64,000 bases of DNA from Spizellomyces punctatus DAOM BR117 (Eukaryota). The translations under genes were made by a program, and so were the position numbers. The notes beneath the pieces are model-generated. The model searched no databases, was not told where the DNA came from, and saw nothing but the letters and a program-made list of their open reading frames with translations. Below are positions 62,411 through 64,000 of the stretch, in pieces (the stretch's first letter is position 1; every line of letters starts with the position of its first letter). The stretch lies in NCBI GenBank assembly GCA_000182565.2, contig KQ257454.1; one strand, written 5' to 3'.

Positions 62411-64000
62411 CTAGTCATCCGTTAGATCAATAAAATCCATGGGTGATATGTTACTCCCAGTGATGGCTGAAGAGTGAGCCGAATCCTCATCCATTGACTC
62501 CTCTTCCGACTCTGAGTAGATTTCAATCACCTGGTTCTCCTCTTCTGTGTCACCCTCACTGTCTTCTTCTTCCTCCTCCTCATCATCCTCCTTTTCACTG
62601 CATTCGCCACTCTCTACCTCATCAGAGTTGGCAGTTGAATGCGATTGTACATCGTCCTCCATATCACTCTCATCAGAGGTGTCCTCCTCTTCATCTGTTA
62701 GTTCTTCCATAACATCTACTGAGAAATCAGGACGAATAGGTAGTTGCATCAATTCTTCATCCTCCTTCTCCTCTTCTGCATGCTGTTGCATTCTAGACCA
62801 GTTGCCGTCTTTCGCGTCAGCACGTCGCTCCCGATCATCTTTCGGTTTTGCTTTATGAGGAAGATGGCACTTTTTATTTTTGCATTTCCCCTCCGCAAAA
62901 TCTGGGCACTGGTAAACATGCCGATTCTTGCACTGATCACCAGCCTCACAGAAACCCTCAAGCGCAAAATCGCGACAGATAGCAGCATCGGGACTTAGCT
63001 TGACATGCAGGTACGGACAATTCTCGTTCCTACAGCGTCCACGCTCAAAATGCAGACAGGTGGGCATATTGTGCATATTTGGGCTGTGGGAAAGTTTGCA
63101 GGACTCCACATCACATTGGCCTTTTAAAAAGGCGGGGCAGACTGCCAATCGTTCAGGCACGTGAGCGAAGCGACAGTACAGACCTTTGTCGCATCGACCT
63201 ATAGTGCCCGGAAATGCAACTTTAGAAACGCGAAAGGGTACAGTCATGTGGACCCTTACCAAAGCGATAGAATTGGCAGTATTTCGGCTTCCGTAGAATC
63301 TTATTTCTGTTATGCATCGCCTTTGTACCTTCCCTGTAATAGTAATCTTAGTGACCAAGCTGAAATTCTTACAGTAAATGCCCGGCACAAACTTGAGAGA
63401 GGGAGGCGTTTTGTTTGATAATACGAGATTTCCTGTTTTGCTTCGCACGAAAGACAGTCCATTTAGGACCACACGCTTTGGGGTTTTCTTCTGTGGCGTA
63501 ATCTCTGCATTTTAAGCATCGCACGTTGCTGATCGGTAAACCGTTCTCGGACAGCGAATCGCATGCATATACCTGTCTTGCGTATAAGTTTCCTCCCCGA
63601 TGCATCCCGGATAAAAGCAACCCCGTTGATGTTTACAGTTTTTCGCCGTGGCGTTGCTAGATCTAGCATGCCAAATCAACACACACTTGCTGCTCGACGC
63701 TGCAAATGACCGCTGTACCTCGTTTCGCATTGGCTGCTACTAGTTTACTACCATCGGCGCTCTTACTGTACTGCATTCCATCCACGATGATGAGCGTCTT
63801 ATTTGCGGATCTCGAGTATGTCTTTTTCGACAGTTTCTTTGATCTGACGCAAACATGACATGAGCTTGACCAATCTGAAGTCCACACACAAGGAGCTTCA
63901 CGTACCGGATAGGTGTCGGTGGTTTTGGAGGCCTTGGCTTGCTAAGTGGCGCTAGAGCAGCCGAGTTAGAATATCAGGTGGCTATATCGAAAATAACGAC
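62411..64000 (-). CDS. ZC3H3: Tandem CCCH zinc-finger protein, ZC3H3-like, 3' portion (5' end outside window)
   Basis: CDKGLYCRFAH, CPAFLKGQC..CKLSH, CLHFERGRC..CPYLHV, CRDFALEGFC..CKNRH, CPDF..CHLPH; repeated (N/D)Gx(Y/F)..SGxKL motifs; acidic tail. Confidence 0.82.

Noticed and set aside
1-64000. Many antisense or overlapping ORFs in the six-frame track; CRISPR arrays, rRNA, transposases
   Set aside because: The overlapping ORFs are shadows of real genes. No repeat-spacer array, rRNA, or transposase/RT motif was seen.

Overview
Gene-dense, intron-rich eukaryotic DNA with short GT-AG introns (mostly ~50-90 nt). It is fungal (Zn2Cys6 factor, hybrid histidine kinase) and most likely an early-diverging/zoosporic fungus. 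That placement is an inference from the animal-like genes present: kanadaptin, IQCC, RMI2, ZC3H3, Pol iota. About 28 spliced protein genes can be reconstructed by hand: ZW10 (3' part), mS33/RSM27, a class I/II aminotransferase, kanadaptin, an LPX1-like hydrolase, an SCP2 protein, DNAJC3, endonuclease V, Pol iota, RMI2, DUS3, IQCC, RTT103, GUK1, NOG2, a Zn2Cys6 factor, THP3/LENG8, a bZIP factor, a histidine kinase, an F-BAR-PH-C2-RasGAP, a MIX17-like protein, an SP-RING protein and ZC3H3 (3' part), plus several hypotheticals. There is one intron-containing tRNA-Arg(CCT) and a ~6 kb decayed block (8.8-15 kb) holding a candidate non-autonomous Helitron and an ABCC transporter pseudogene. The most notable observations are: an apparent CUG start for THP3/LENG8 behind two tandem uORFs; a guanylate kinase with a spliced-on polybasic CaaX tail; a MIX17/CHCHD2-like protein lacking its CHCH domain; a head-to-head EndoV/Pol iota pair; an F-BAR RasGAP; a +1 'shifty stop' in a small gene; and RTCACGTGG boxes exactly 77 nt before three start codons. 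All family assignments come from motif recognition by eye, with no database searches. Exon boundaries were worked out manually.
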